This document shows, one piece after another, positions 31,176 to 41,503 of a DNA stretch of 64,000 bases. This stretch comes from Candidatus Pullilachnospira intestinigallinarum (GTDB lineage: Bacteria > Bacillota > Clostridia > Lachnospirales > Lachnospiraceae). Below the pieces are notes generated by a model. The model made no database searches. It saw only the letters and a program-made list of their open reading frames with translations, and was not told the origin of the DNA. The stretch lies in the NCBI GenBank assembly GCA_018711275.1, contig DVIN01000080.1, positions 23,168 to 87,167 of the forward strand. The letters run 5' to 3'. Made by a program: the position numbers and the translations under genes. Position 1 is the stretch's first letter. Each line of letters begins with the position of its first letter.

Positions 31176-32073
31176 GGCGGCTGTTGAGGATGCGGACAGC
31201 AGGATTGACCGGTATCTGGCGCAGCAGCTGCCGGACCAGTCCCGTTCTTTTCTGCAGAAGCTGATCCGTCAGGAGATGATCACCGTCAATGGGCGCCCTG
31301 TGAAAGCCAATTATCGGGTACAGGCGGAGGATCAGGTGCATGTGACTGTTCCGGATCCGCAGATCCCGGACATTCTTCCGGAAAATATTCCACTGGACAT
31401 CCTTTATGAGGATGCGGATGTTCTTGTAATCAACAAACCCAAAGGGATGGTGGTGCATCCGGCAGCCGGACATTATTCCAATACCGTGGTCAACGCGGTG
31501 ATGTATCACTGCCGGGACAATCTGTCCGGAATCAACGGGGTGATGCGTCCCGGCATTGTTCACCGGATCGATATGGATACCACCGGAGCCATTGTCATCT
31601 GCAAAAATGACGCGGCGCACCAGAGTCTTGCTCTCCAGCTGAAGGAACATTCCATCACCAGAAGCTACCGCGCCATTGTGTGGAATAATCTGAAGGAGGA
31701 CGAGGGAACCATTGACCGTCCCATCGGACGTCATCCCACAGACCGGAAAAAAATGGCGATCAACGAAAAAAACGGAAAGCGGGCAATCACGCACTACCGC
31801 GTACTGGAACGATTCGGCCGTTTCACTTATATTGAATGCCGACTGGAAACCGGACGTACCCACCAGATCCGTGTGCATATGGCTTCCATAGGCCATCCGC
31901 TCCTGGGAGATCCGGTTTACGGTCCCTCCGCAAAGCAGTCCCTCCGGCTGCAGGGGCAGTGTCTCCATGCCATGACTCTGGGATTTCTGCATCCTTCCAC
32001 CGGAAAATATATGGAGTTTGAAGCACCATTGCCCGAATATTTCACACAGTTATTAGAAAATTTTAGAAAATAG
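31156..32073 (+). CDS. rluD: 23S rRNA pseudouridine synthase, RluD family
   Basis: S4 domain (RIDRYL), catalytic HRIDMDTTG, GRTHQIRVH. Confidence 0.9.
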   Translation: MKKISFEAAVEDADSRIDRYLAQQLPDQSRSFLQKLIRQEMITVNGRPVKANYRVQAEDQVHVTVPDPQIPDILPENIPLDILYEDADVLVINKPKGMVVHPAAGHYSNTVVNAVMYHCRDNLSGINGVMRPGIVHRIDMDTTGAIVICKNDAAHQSLALQLKEHSITRSYRAIVWNNLKEDEGTIDRPIGRHPTDRKKMAINEKNGKRAITHYRVLERFGRFTYIECRLETGRTHQIRVHMASIGHPLLGDPVYGPSAKQSLRLQGQCLHAMTLGFLHPSTGKYMEFEAPLPEYFTQLLENFRK

Positions 32074-32143
32074 AGACTATACATTTTGATGAAAATATTT
32101 TATAATAGTGTATAGAATATTTTCGTGAAAGGGAGGGTTTTGT

Positions 32144-32788
32144 ATGGAGACAAAAACCGTAATCACCATCGGAAGACAGTACGGAAGTGCCGGCCGTCAG
32201 ATTGGCCGGGCCCTTGCAGAAGAACTTGGAGTCAAATGTTACGATAAAGAACTGCTTGATCGGGCGGCAAAGGACAGCGGCATGTGCCAGGAGCTTTTTG
32301 AAAACCATGACGAAAAGCCCACCAACAGTTTCCTTTACTCTCTGGTTATGGATACCTATTCTTTCGGGTATTCTTCCTCGGCTTTTTCTGATATGCCGAT
32401 CAATCAGAAAGTCTTTCTTGCACAGTTTGAGACGATCAAGAAGATTGCTTCCGAAGGACCCTGCATCATGATCGGACGCTGTGCCGATTATGCGCTGGCG
32501 GATTTTGAAAATTGTCTCAGTGTGTTTATTCATGCCAGCATGGAGACGAGAATCCGCAGAATCGCCAAACTGTATGATCTCACCGATGCCAAGGCAAAGG
32601 ATAAGATTCAGAAAGCAGACAAAAAGCGTTCCAGCTATTATAACTACTATACCAGTAAAAAATGGGGAGACGTGGATTCCTATGATCTGAGCATTGACAG
32701 CGGAAAGATGGGAATCGACGGTACCATTGAGCTGATCCTGAAGGCGATCCAGCAGAAGGAAAAGGGCTATAAGAAACCGATTTACTGA
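32144..32788 (+). CDS. cytidylate kinase-like family protein
   Basis: ITIGRQYGSAGRQIG N-terminus typical of the AAA_28/cytidylate-kinase-like family. Confidence 0.7.
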   Translation: METKTVITIGRQYGSAGRQIGRALAEELGVKCYDKELLDRAAKDSGMCQELFENHDEKPTNSFLYSLVMDTYSFGYSSSAFSDMPINQKVFLAQFETIKKIASEGPCIMIGRCADYALADFENCLSVFIHASMETRIRRIAKLYDLTDAKAKDKIQKADKKRSSYYNYYTSKKWGDVDSYDLSIDSGKMGIDGTIELILKAIQQKEKGYKKPIY

Positions 32789-32790
32789 TA

Positions 32791-32816
32791 AAAAAGCTGC
32801 CATAAGGCAGCTTTTT
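32791..32816. terminator. bidirectional rho-independent terminator
   Basis: AAAAAGCTGCC-ATAA-GGCAGCTTTTT perfect palindrome. Confidence 0.8.
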
Positions 32817-32981
32817 ACTTTATGGAAATTCTTTTCCCATGAAACCAAAACGCCTCGCGGAGATCGCAGCGTCTGCCCCGGCAAAGCGAGGGTGTGACGC
32901 TTTCAGAAGCCTCCGCAGACGGTGAAACCGGCAACGCCTGTTTCTTGTGCCTGCTTCTTGTATAGCCGAGGAAATGGGTAA

Positions 32982-33707
32982 TCAGCGGACGGGTTTGGGC
33001 CATCCCTTGATATCCCCTCTTAAAATCGCCGCAAACATCCGCTCTCTGGCGCCCGGGTGCTCCCGGTTCAGCTGCTGTACCAGATTTTTCGCGTATTCCC
33101 GTTTGGTGTAGCCGTCTGCCGGACAGGGGCTTTTGATTACCGGCAGCTGATGTTTGGCCGCAAATCCTTTTACATCGTATTCAGAGACATACATCATCGG
33201 ACGGATTACCGTCAGATCCATCCGGTCCAGATACGTTTTGGGAGAAAAGGAATGGAAACGGCCCTCAAAAATCAGTGACAGAAGCATGGTTTCAATCATG
33301 TCATCCTTGTGATGCGCATATGCCACTTTATTGCAGCCGGATTTTTTTATGGCGTCGTTGAGCGCTCCTTTTCTCATTTTAGCGCAGAGGGAACAGGGAT
33401 TGGATTCCTTCCGTTCGTCAAAAATAATCTGTGCGATCTCTGTTTTTACCACTGTGTAAGGGATCTCCATGCTTTCGCACAGTTTTCTCACCGGCGTCAC
33501 ATCAAAGCCCGGATGGCCAAGATCCACCGTAATAGCTTCCAGTTCAAAAGGATGCGGATAGAACCGTTTCAGCCCTGCCAGCGCGCAAAGAAGGGTCAGA
33601 CTGTCTTTCCCCCCGGAAATACCCACTGCAATCCGGTCTCCGTCCTCAATCATCCCATAATCATCAATGGCACGTCTTACATAACTCATCAGCTGTTGTA
33701 ATTTCAT
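32982..33707 (-). CDS. PP-loop ATPase, TtcA-like tRNA 2-thiocytidine biosynthesis protein
   Basis: SGGKDS PP-loop, CSLCAKMRKG, CPADG cysteine motifs. Confidence 0.85.
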   Translation of the reverse strand: MKLQQLMSYVRRAIDDYGMIEDGDRIAVGISGGKDSLTLLCALAGLKRFYPHPFELEAITVDLGHPGFDVTPVRKLCESMEIPYTVVKTEIAQIIFDERKESNPCSLCAKMRKGALNDAIKKSGCNKVAYAHHKDDMIETMLLSLIFEGRFHSFSPKTYLDRMDLTVIRPMMYVSEYDVKGFAAKHQLPVIKSPCPADGYTKREYAKNLVQQLNREHPGARERMFAAILRGDIKGWPKPVR

Positions 33708-33920
33708 AGAGAAGTCCTCTCCTTCGCAGATTCATCTGTCCGTTTTCTGTCTTGCAAACGCAAGGCTTTTATCATTATACCCCGCAGGATAAAAAAAGGA
33801 AAGAAAGAATTAAAAAATTTTCCGCAGGGCGGAAAACTGTGATATAATTAGCATCACCGGGTTTGAAATCTTTTGGAAAGAAGGATTAGAACCGGTAAGA
33901 AACGAACAATGGAGGAAGCA

Positions 33921-34370
33921 ATGAAATTATTGATACAGCGCGTGCTTTCCGCTTCAGTGACAGTGGATGAAGAAACGGTGGGAAGCATCGGAAAAGGCCT
34001 GCTGGTATTTGTGGGGGTGAGCGGTGAGGACACCCGCGAAACGGCAGATAAATATCTGAAAAAGCTTCTGGCCCTGCGGATTTTTGAGGATGCGGCCGGA
34101 AAGACAAATCTTTCCCTGGCGGACGTGAAGGGAGAACTGCTTCTCGTCTCACAGTTTACTCTTTACGCGGACTGTCGAAAAGGCAACCGTCCCGGTTTTT
34201 TCAAAGCCGGTGCTCCCGATATGGCCAGAGAGCTCTATGAGTATATGATCCGGCAGGCCCGCAGGGTTGTTCCGGTGGTAGAATGCGGACGCTTCGGCGC
34301 GGATATGAAAGTATCTCTGGTCAATGACGGCCCATTTACCATTCTTTTAGACGAGACTTTATTTTCCTGA
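33921..34370 (+). CDS. dtd: D-aminoacyl-tRNA deacylase
   Basis: MKLLIQRV.., [14 protein letters not shown] motifs; GGAGG RBS. Confidence 0.9.
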   Translation: MKLLIQRVLSASVTVDEETVGSIGKGLLVFVGVSGEDTRETADKYLKKLLALRIFEDAAGKTNLSLADVKGELLLVSQFTLYADCRKGNRPGFFKAGAPDMARELYEYMIRQARRVVPVVECGRFGADMKVSLVNDGPFTILLDETLFS

Positions 34371-34386
34371 TTTTTAGAGGTAACCT

Positions 34387-36372
34387 ATGAAAAAGAAATC
34401 AATCTATGCACTTTGTATGACGGCGGCGGTTATTCTGACCTCTCATCCGGCCGTTTCTGCCGCAGCGCAGCCGGATCAGCAGACGGAGCTTTCTGCCGCA
34501 GCCGCTGCTTTGGAGGGAGAAGATTCTCCTGTCCCACAGGAACCAAACAATGAAGAGGAACAGGCCGCGAAGCCGAATGGACCGGCGGTTTTGAAAGATT
34601 CGGAGACCTTGTCAGATACGGCCGCTCCGGAGATTGTGGAATCGTCAGATACAGACCTACCGACGATTCCGGAAGACGGGGAAACGACGGCGGAGACGGA
34701 CGACGGGGAGGCTTCCCCCGCTTTGGAATCCACAGAGAATCCGGAAAACCAGACAGCCAGGGATGGTTCACAGAAGGAAGCCGAGGAGCCCTCAAAGCAG
34801 GTTCAGGAAGGCTGGATAAGCGATGCCAAAGGGCGCCGGTGGCAGAATTCTGACGGTTCTTTTCTTCAGAATACATGGAAAACCATTGATGGCAAAACTT
34901 ACTATTTTAACGGAAATGGTTATCTGGCCACCGGCTGGCTGCAGCTGGACGACGGATGGTATTTTCTCCGACAGGACGGAACAAAGGTTTCCTCCCAATG
35001 GGTGGATCGGTATTATCTGGGGAAGGACGGCCGATGGGATTCTTCGGTCATCTGGCATACACCCGGATGGCAGAAAAACAGCACCGGCTGGTGGTGGCAG
35101 AACCAGGACGGCTCATACCCCTCCTCCTGCTGGCAGCAGATTTCCGGTTCCTGGTATTATTTTGATCCGGCCGGCTATATGACCACCGGTTGGCGTTCCA
35201 TTGGCGGGATCTGGTATTATATGAATACTTCCGGTCAAATGCTTACCGGTTGGCAGCAGATCAATGGCTGCTGGTATTACCTGGACGCTTCCGGCCACAT
35301 GACTACAGGATGGCAGAAAATCGGAAATGTCTGGTATTTTATGAACGGTTCCGGGCAGATGCTTACCGGCTGGCAGTTGATTAACGGCTGCTGGTATTAT
35401 CTGAATGCCTCCGGGCAGATGCTTACCGGCTGGCAGTTGATCAACGGCTGCTGGTACTATCTGAATCCTTCGGGAAGCATGACCACAGGATGGCAGAAAA
35501 TCGGAAATGTCTGGTATTTTATGAACGGCTCCGGACAGATGCTCTCCGGTTGGCAGTTGATCAACGGCTGCTGGTATTATCTGAATGCGAGCGGTCAGAT
35601 GCTTACCGGATGGATGCATCTGGGCGGCACCTGGTACTATCTGAAAGATTCCGGACAGATGGCCACAGGATGGGAACAGGTGAATAATGTCTGGTATTAT
35701 CTGGATGGCTCCGGCCGGATGCTTACCGGTTGGCGTTCCATCGGCGGCGCGTGGTATTTCCTGAACGGCTCCGGGCAGATGCTCACCGGCTGGCAGTACA
35801 TCAATGGCTGCTGGTATTATCTGAACGGTTCCGGGCAGATGACCACAGGATGGCAGCAGGTTGATGGAGACTGGTATCATTTTTCTTCCAGCGGTTCTCT
35901 GGACACGAATACCTGGATCGGAAGCTTTTATGTGGATGAAAATGGTATCTGGGATCAGGACAAGGAAGCGCCGGACTATGTCTGGCCCTGTCCGGATTAC
36001 AGCCGGATCAGCAGCGAGTTCGGTTACCGGACCAGTCCCACAGCCGGAGCATCCACCTATCACAACGGAATTGATCTGGCGGCGCCCCATGGTTCAAGGA
36101 TCCTTTCCTGTTCCAATGGAACCGTCATTGCCTACGGATATAATTCCAGTATGGGAAATTATGTGAAAATCCGCCACAGCTCCAGTCTTGTATCGGTGTA
36201 TATGCATATGAGCAGCTTTGTTTCAGGCATTTCCACCGGAAAAACCGTGCAGGCGGGTGATGTCATCGGTTATGTGGGATCCACCGGAATCTCCACCGGC
36301 CCGCACCTGCATTTCAGCGTCATGGAAAACGGGGCGTATGTCAGTCCCTGGAATTATCTGACCAGACCTTAG
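34387..36372 (+). CDS. secreted M23 peptidase with cell-wall-binding (choline-binding-type) repeats
   Basis: Signal peptide, acidic/Pro-rich linker, about 18 GW..G.WYY 20-aa repeats, C-terminal M23 (YHNGIDLAAP, GSTGISTGPHLHF). Confidence 0.85.
   Translation: MKKKSIYALCMTAAVILTSHPAVSAAAQPDQQTELSAAAAALEGEDSPVPQEPNNEEEQAAKPNGPAVLKDSETLSDTAAPEIVESSDTDLPTIPEDGETTAETDDGEASPALESTENPENQTARDGSQKEAEEPSKQVQEGWISDAKGRRWQNSDGSFLQNTWKTIDGKTYYFNGNGYLATGWLQLDDGWYFLRQDGTKVSSQWVDRYYLGKDGRWDSSVIWHTPGWQKNSTGWWWQNQDGSYPSSCWQQISGSWYYFDPAGYMTTGWRSIGGIWYYMNTSGQMLTGWQQINGCWYYLDASGHMTTGWQKIGNVWYFMNGSGQMLTGWQLINGCWYYLNASGQMLTGWQLINGCWYYLNPSGSMTTGWQKIGNVWYFMNGSGQMLSGWQLINGCWYYLNASGQMLTGWMHLGGTWYYLKDSGQMATGWEQVNNVWYYLDGSGRMLTGWRSIGGAWYFLNGSGQMLTGWQYINGCWYYLNGSGQMTTGWQQVDGDWYHFSSSGSLDTNTWIGSFYVDENGIWDQDKEAPDYVWPCPDYSRISSEFGYRTSPTAGASTYHNGIDLAAPHGSRILSCSNGTVIAYGYNSSMGNYVKIRHSSSLVSVYMHMSSFVSGISTGKTVQAGDVIGYVGSTGISTGPHLHFSVMENGAYVSPWNYLTRP
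35134..35853 (+). repeat. 12 in-frame tandem 60-nt units encoding cell-wall-binding repeats
   Basis: Exact 60-nt periodicity; 35305-35348 is identical to 35485-35528 (44 nt); 35341-35400 vs 35401-35460 match at 54/60. Confidence 0.9.
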
Positions 36373-36437
36373 ACCCGGCCATCCGGGGGAATTTCACACG
36401 AGTTAATACAGTATAAACAGAAAGGAAGCGTATCACC

Positions 36438-37286
36438 ATGAAAAAGACAATTCATATTGATGTAAAAGAGCCGCAGTACATGGTAAATACCAATGTTACG
36501 TTTGCCCAGGTTCCAGGCTGGTGCGGTCATATCACCCAGGATTTGAAAATGGATGTCATCTTTCCGCGGGAAACCGGGAAACCGGTTCCCGCCATTGTAT
36601 GGATTTGCGGCGGGGGATGGCTGGAGATGAGTACCTGTGCCCATCTGGCGTATCTGACGGAACTTGCCCGCTGCGGTTTTGTGGTGGCCAGTGTTCAGTA
36701 CCGGACCAGCAATGAGGCCAAATTTCCTGCACAGCTGACGGATGTGAAAGCAGCCATCCGGTACCTTCGGGCACACGCTGACAGTTATCATCTGGATCCG
36801 CAGAAAATCGGCGTAATGGGCGAATCCGCCGGCGGTCATCTGACCGCAATGGCGGCGCTCACAGGAAATGACAGGACCTTTGACAAGGGGGACTATCTGC
36901 AGTATTCCAGTGCTGTTCAGGCAGCCTGCCCCTGGTATGTTCCTACCGATGTGACGAAGATGCCTGTAAACATTCCCAGAGATATGCAGGCGGCTCCGGA
37001 GTCTCTTCTGATTGGTATGAATGCCTCTCTCCACATGGAAGAAGCGCTGAAGGCCTGCCCCATCAGTTATGTGACCGAAGACGCGCCGCCGTTTTTGATT
37101 CTTCATGGCACCGATGACCATACGGTACCCTTCCAGCAGAGCGAGATTCTCCATGACGCTCTGGAGGCCAGGGGAAACGACGTGACACTTCTGGCCATTC
37201 AGGGGGCTGATCATGCGGACCGGCAGTTTTTCCAGAGGGAGCTGTGGAAAATTATCGAGGATTTTTTCACAAAAAAACTGAAGTAA
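36438..37286 (+). CDS. alpha/beta-hydrolase esterase/lipase
   Basis: CGGGW oxyanion motif, GESAGG nucleophile elbow, HGTDDHTV. Confidence 0.8.
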   Translation: MKKTIHIDVKEPQYMVNTNVTFAQVPGWCGHITQDLKMDVIFPRETGKPVPAIVWICGGGWLEMSTCAHLAYLTELARCGFVVASVQYRTSNEAKFPAQLTDVKAAIRYLRAHADSYHLDPQKIGVMGESAGGHLTAMAALTGNDRTFDKGDYLQYSSAVQAACPWYVPTDVTKMPVNIPRDMQAAPESLLIGMNASLHMEEALKACPISYVTEDAPPFLILHGTDDHTVPFQQSEILHDALEARGNDVTLLAIQGADHADRQFFQRELWKIIEDFFTKKLK

Positions 37287-37315
37287 TACGGTTGATTTGA
37301 GAGGAGCGGCGTCAG

Positions 37316-37540
37316 ATGTTTCATTTTCGGAAGAAGAATAAAGAACTGGAGGCTTTGGCTCAGAAGGTACGGCTGGAAGCGGAGAACAATTACAAAGACA
37401 CGGCCACAGAAGCATACAGGAAGTTCTGCGGCCGTCTGGAGGAACTGGAACGGGAAGGCAGCGTCAGGGGAAAGATGCTGGAGTTCTATCATGGCCAGAA
37501 GGAGGAACTGGGAGAGATGATGAAGGGATTTCACCACTGA
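37316..37540 (+). CDS. hypothetical 74-aa protein
   Basis: ORF only; GAGAGGAG upstream; helical, charged composition. Confidence 0.35.
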   Translation: MFHFRKKNKELEALAQKVRLEAENNYKDTATEAYRKFCGRLEELEREGSVRGKMLEFYHGQKEELGEMMKGFHH

Positions 37541-37541
37541 G

Positions 37542-38303
37542 TCAGAAACCTCCCATCAGCAACATACAGATACCCATACACAGCGGCTGATGCGCCAGAT
37601 ACACCCAGATGCTGTATTTTCCCCAGACAGACAGCAGGGGGATCCGGATGGACAGGATCCCCCGAATCCGTTCGGAACGCATCAGAAGCGGATAAAGAAA
37701 ATAGCCGGCCGCAAACAGGAAAAACCAGGGAAGCATGGGAAAATAATCGCTGGAGACAAAGCTCCGGTCAGGGAATCCCAGCACGGTGGGAAGGATCGCG
37801 GCAATTATCGATGGATAGCGTTCTGTCTGCGGAAACGAAATGGTCAGAGTGCCGATGCCCAGAATGCCGGCTCCAATGTGTCGCAGCAGAAAGAAACAGA
37901 ACATACTTCCTGCAAGGCCTGCCGCGGGAGGAATCCGTTCCATCCAACGGTCAAAAACCGCCGTCAGAAGGATAGCACATCCCAGAAAATTCAATATGCC
38001 GAAGACAGCCGCCTGTCCCGGGACCGCAAGGCCGGTGACAGCCGTAATCAGAAATCCGCACAGATTCAGAAAGATTCCCCTTCGAACGCTGTTTTTTCTT
38101 CCAAATCTCCAGGAAAAGCCGGATACCAGGATAAAGGTCCAGCAGATTCCCTGCTGCCACAGGTGGTTTTCTGTCCGCCCATACCAGCCGGGGTCCCGTC
38201 CGTAGATTACAAACACATCGTACAGAAAATGAAAAATTACCATATTCACCATGGCCAGTCCACGGATCCCGTCAAGCAGTTCATACCGTCTTTTTTGTTT
38301 CAT
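37542..38303 (-). CDS. DUF1624 / heparan-alpha-glucosaminide N-acetyltransferase-like membrane acyltransferase
   Basis: RYELLDGIRGLAMVNMVIFHFLYD N-terminus, polytopic membrane protein. Confidence 0.65.
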   Translation of the reverse strand: MKQKRRYELLDGIRGLAMVNMVIFHFLYDVFVIYGRDPGWYGRTENHLWQQGICWTFILVSGFSWRFGRKNSVRRGIFLNLCGFLITAVTGLAVPGQAAVFGILNFLGCAILLTAVFDRWMERIPPAAGLAGSMFCFFLLRHIGAGILGIGTLTISFPQTERYPSIIAAILPTVLGFPDRSFVSSDYFPMLPWFFLFAAGYFLYPLLMRSERIRGILSIRIPLLSVWGKYSIWVYLAHQPLCMGICMLLMGGF

Positions 38304-38411
38304 TGATTTTTCTCCCCGTTTTATGTATCATATAGAGGATAATAGCACGATGTCCCTCTGATGGAAAGCTGTTTTTTGCAAAAATGAATTTAACAGGAGA
38401 ATGATACCCTT

Positions 38412-39227
38412 ATGAGAATTTTTCCCTCTGTCCGGCATCCCTCCGGGCGTCTGCCGGACAACAACGATTCCGCATTGAAATACTACGAACTGATACTGGA
38501 AAACAACCATCCGGAAAACTTCCGCTCCCTGCCGCTGCCGGAGGGTTTTCATTTTACTACCTATGAGCCCCGGGATGAGGAAGCATGGATTTCCATTGAA
38601 ACCTCGGCCAGAGAGTTTGTCACCCGCAAAGAAGGGCTGGAGGCCTGGCAGCGCTACTATGGCGGCAGAGAAAAAGAATTGCCGGGACGGATGTTTTTTA
38701 TAGAGACGAAGGCAGGCAATAAGGTGGCTACTGCCACCGCCTACTATGAGCCCGCCGATTCCTCCAAAGCCGGATGGCTGCACTGGGTGGCTGTTCGCCG
38801 GGAATATCAGGGCCGCGGACTGGCCAGACCGCTGATTGCGCAGGCACTTACCCGTCTGGCGCAGCTGGGATACTCCTCGGTCAAAATTCCCACTCAGACC
38901 AATACATGGCTGGCGGCGTCTCTCTATCTGGATTTCGGATTTCATCCCTTCGGGCCGAACCGGGAAGAAAATATGGAAGGATACCGGATTCTGAAAACGC
39001 TCACCAACCATCCGGCCCTGAAGGACATTGAGCCCGCCGATCCCGCCGATCTCTGGGATATGGAAAATGTGCGGATGGAGGAGATCCTGCGGAAAGAGCA
39101 CCCGGATCTGATCCATTACAAAGTGTGGAAGGAAAAAGGAATGTTGTCTTATCTCACGAAAGCAGGGGATTTTGAAGCGGACATAAAGGAGTTTCTTTTC
39201 TTCCATGGTTCAGAAAAAAGAATATGA
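38412..39227 (+). CDS. GNAT-family N-acetyltransferase
   Basis: [18 protein letters not shown] (acetyl-CoA binding Q/RxxGxG/A). Confidence 0.75.
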   Translation: MRIFPSVRHPSGRLPDNNDSALKYYELILENNHPENFRSLPLPEGFHFTTYEPRDEEAWISIETSAREFVTRKEGLEAWQRYYGGREKELPGRMFFIETKAGNKVATATAYYEPADSSKAGWLHWVAVRREYQGRGLARPLIAQALTRLAQLGYSSVKIPTQTNTWLAASLYLDFGFHPFGPNREENMEGYRILKTLTNHPALKDIEPADPADLWDMENVRMEEILRKEHPDLIHYKVWKEKGMLSYLTKAGDFEADIKEFLFFHGSEKRI

Positions 39228-39258
39228 GATATACACGGAAACAGGAGGAAAACAGACC

Positions 39259-39786
39259 ATGATTTTATCAGACAAAACCATTTATAAAATGCTGGACGAG
39301 AGAACGCTTCAGATTGCTCCGCTCCAGACCAGGCAGATTCAGCCGGCCAGCGTTGATATCCGCCTGGGAAATACTTTCAGTATTGTGGAAGATTCCTCAA
39401 CGGGGATCCTTACCCTGAATGATGAAATCCGCTACAAAACCATCACTACAGACCGGTATCTGCTTTTGCCCGGTCAGTTTGTTCTGGCGACCACCATGGA
39501 ATCCATCCGGCTGCCGGACGATCTCACAGCATTTGTGGAGGGCAGGAGCTCTCTGGGACGGCTGGGGCTTTTTATCCAGAATGCCGGATGGGTAGATCCC
39601 GGGTTTGCCGGAGAAATCACGCTGGAGCTTTTCAATGCCAACCGCTGCGCCATCGAACTGTGTGCAGGCAGAAGAGTAGGGCAGCTGGTATTTGCCCGGA
39701 TGGATCAGAGCGCGCTGCATCCCTACTGCGGCAAATACCAGAACCAGAAGGGAGCCACCGGTTCCAGGGTTTATCTGGATAAGTAA
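39259..39786 (+). CDS. dcd: dCTP deaminase
   Basis: AGGAGG before ATG 39259; [31 protein letters not shown]. Confidence 0.9.
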   Translation: MILSDKTIYKMLDERTLQIAPLQTRQIQPASVDIRLGNTFSIVEDSSTGILTLNDEIRYKTITTDRYLLLPGQFVLATTMESIRLPDDLTAFVEGRSSLGRLGLFIQNAGWVDPGFAGEITLELFNANRCAIELCAGRRVGQLVFARMDQSALHPYCGKYQNQKGATGSRVYLDK

Positions 39787-39871
39787 GTCCGAACAGCTCA
39801 TCCAGCAAAATATAATATCTGATTAAGCATCCGGTATTTCTGATCGGCCGTTGGATTTTGCGTCTTCCCGG

Positions 39872-40930
39872 TTATTCTTCTTCCCGCAGCTTCACCGCCC
39901 GGGCAGCCATCCGCCTTCTCTGGTCATCCATAGCCGCATAATGTTTCCGGGTGGTGTTGACATCTTTATGGCCCAGTACATCCGCCACCAGATAGATATC
40001 TCCGGTTTCCTGATACAAGGCAGTGCCATAGGTACTCCGCAGCTTGTGAGGGGTGATTTTTTTGGTGGTGGTAATTTCCCTGGCATATTTCTTCACCAGA
40101 TTTTCCACCGCCTGAACACCGATTCTTTTCCTCTGGGTAGAGTAGAAGAGGGCGTGTTCATGTCCGGGAACGGGGGTGATCCCTTCGCGCACGGGAAGAT
40201 ACTGTTTCAGCGCTTTTTCCACCTCCGGTCCGAAGTATACAAACATTTCATTTCCGCCTTTTCGGGTAACCTTGATGGCATTATTTTTAAAATCCACATC
40301 CTCCACGTCCAGTCCCACGCACTCCGAAACCCGAACGCCTGTTCCCAGCAGAAGAGTGACAATGGCCAGATCCCGTTCTTTGGTTTTTTCATAGTAAGCT
40401 TTTTTCTGACCGGTCAGCTGATCACCGCAGTGTTCGATATAATCCAGCAGCCGGGCCACCTCATCGGCATCCAGGCGGATAATGGCTTTTTCGTGAATCT
40501 TGGGCATATCAATCAATACCGTAGGATTGGTTTTGATCATTTCATGCCGGAAATAATAGGCATAAAAGCTTCTCAGCGCCGAAATTTTCCGTTTCAGACC
40601 GCGTTCCCCGTTGGTGACGTAATCATCATCCGCATCCTTGTAAACCTTCAGATATTCCATATATTCCTCAATATCCACGGCCTGAACCTGATCGAGCACA
40701 TCCACAGTAAAATCCGCAGTGGAACGGTCGCGAAATGACGGGGTGCTGTGAATCAGGAACTGAAAAAAAATGCGAATATCGTAAGCGTAAGAAATCCTTG
40801 TTTTTGTGGTTGTGGTGGAATCCATCGCCCGGAAATAATCCCTGGCAAAAGGCGGCAAAGTCTGTAGAACCTCCCGAAGCTTCAGCGTGTTCTGCAGATC
40901 GGTCTGATCATGATAAGTGGTGCGGTCCAT
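39872..40930 (-). CDS. tyrosine recombinase (XerC/D-like), chromosomal, in SOS neighbourhood
   Basis: SAM-like N-domain, catalytic R..HKLRST..LGHKDVNTTRKHY; start ATG 40930 lies downstream of the predicted promoter, unlike ATG 41041. Confidence 0.85.
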   Translation of the reverse strand: MDRTTYHDQTDLQNTLKLREVLQTLPPFARDYFRAMDSTTTTKTRISYAYDIRIFFQFLIHSTPSFRDRSTADFTVDVLDQVQAVDIEEYMEYLKVYKDADDDYVTNGERGLKRKISALRSFYAYYFRHEMIKTNPTVLIDMPKIHEKAIIRLDADEVARLLDYIEHCGDQLTGQKKAYYEKTKERDLAIVTLLLGTGVRVSECVGLDVEDVDFKNNAIKVTRKGGNEMFVYFGPEVEKALKQYLPVREGITPVPGHEHALFYSTQRKRIGVQAVENLVKKYAREITTTKKITPHKLRSTYGTALYQETGDIYLVADVLGHKDVNTTRKHYAAMDDQRRRMAARAVKLREEE

Positions 40931-41031
40931 ATTAAAATTATCCTTTCTGAAAATAATAAAAATAAAATCGAGTAAATAGCAAAAAATATGAAAATCATCA
41001 AAGCTATAAAGATTCACCGGTTTACGGGAAA

Positions 41032-41061
41032 AGTATACCATGGAAGCGGTTTTTCTGTCAA
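41032..41061 (-). promoter_or_regulatory. candidate sigma-A promoter for the recombinase
   Basis: Minus strand TTGACA (41061-41056), 18-nt spacer with TGg, TATACT (41037-41032); weak LexA-like AAAC-N4-GTTT at 41072-41083. Confidence 0.5.
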
Positions 41062-41125
41062 TCTATTTGAAAAACTCGTGTTTGTCGTATAGATTGATGG
41101 GCTTTCTGCACTGCCTGATAAAGTA

Positions 41126-41163
41126 AAATGGAGAACAAAACCCGGAAATTCTGTTCTCCATTT
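41126..41163 (-). terminator. rho-independent terminator downstream of the LysM gene
   Basis: Perfect 12-bp inverted repeat AAATGGAGAACA / TGTTCTCCATTT; on the minus strand it is followed by TTTTACTTTAT. Confidence 0.6.
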
Positions 41164-41503
41164 CTTTGTATCCTGTGTGTCCCGCATGGTTAGTCACCCT
41201 TCTTCCATGTCTGTTTCACTAAAGCTCTGAGTAAAAAGATAAATACAACAGCGATTATTGCAAAATACATCTCTCAATAATATAGCGAGCAATATCCAAC
41301 GCCCTGTACATAAACTCTTTCCCCTTAAATTATTAATCATATTAATCAATTATAATATATGAGTTCCGGATCCGAAACTGCTTTTAACTATAGTCTATCT
41401 CAAAAAGATATCGTTTTCAATATGATTTTATGTATAACGCCTGGAGCCGCTGTCAGAAACACCAATCGATTCCCTCCCTGTGTCTCTGGCAGCGGTTTAA
41501 TCC

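Noticed and set aside
32817-32981. 165-nt GC-rich gene-free stretch after the bidirectional terminator, with some internal complementarity (AGCGTC..GACGCT)
   Set aside because: The stems are short and imperfect and no recognisable riboswitch or sRNA signature is present. It is most simply the 3' UTR of the TtcA-like gene. The tracked 62-aa ORF there has no RBS.
35134-35853. Regular 60-nt repeats as a possible CRISPR array or non-coding satellite
   Set aside because: The units are contiguous with no spacers, in frame, and encode the GW/WYY cell-wall-binding repeat of a single ORF.
39872-40930. Tyrosine recombinase as a marker of a prophage, ICE or integron
   Set aside because: There are no phage, conjugation or cassette genes, no flanking tRNA and no direct repeats next to it. 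It sits on the conserved side (dcd) within the SOS module, so it is more likely a chromosomal Xer-like gene than the integrase of the glycan island.
41072-41083. Fifth LexA-like box (AAAC-TCGT-GTTT) upstream of the recombinase promoter
   Set aside because: It has two half-site mismatches and lies 11 nt upstream of the -35 rather than overlapping the promoter. This is too weak to call without a scoring matrix.
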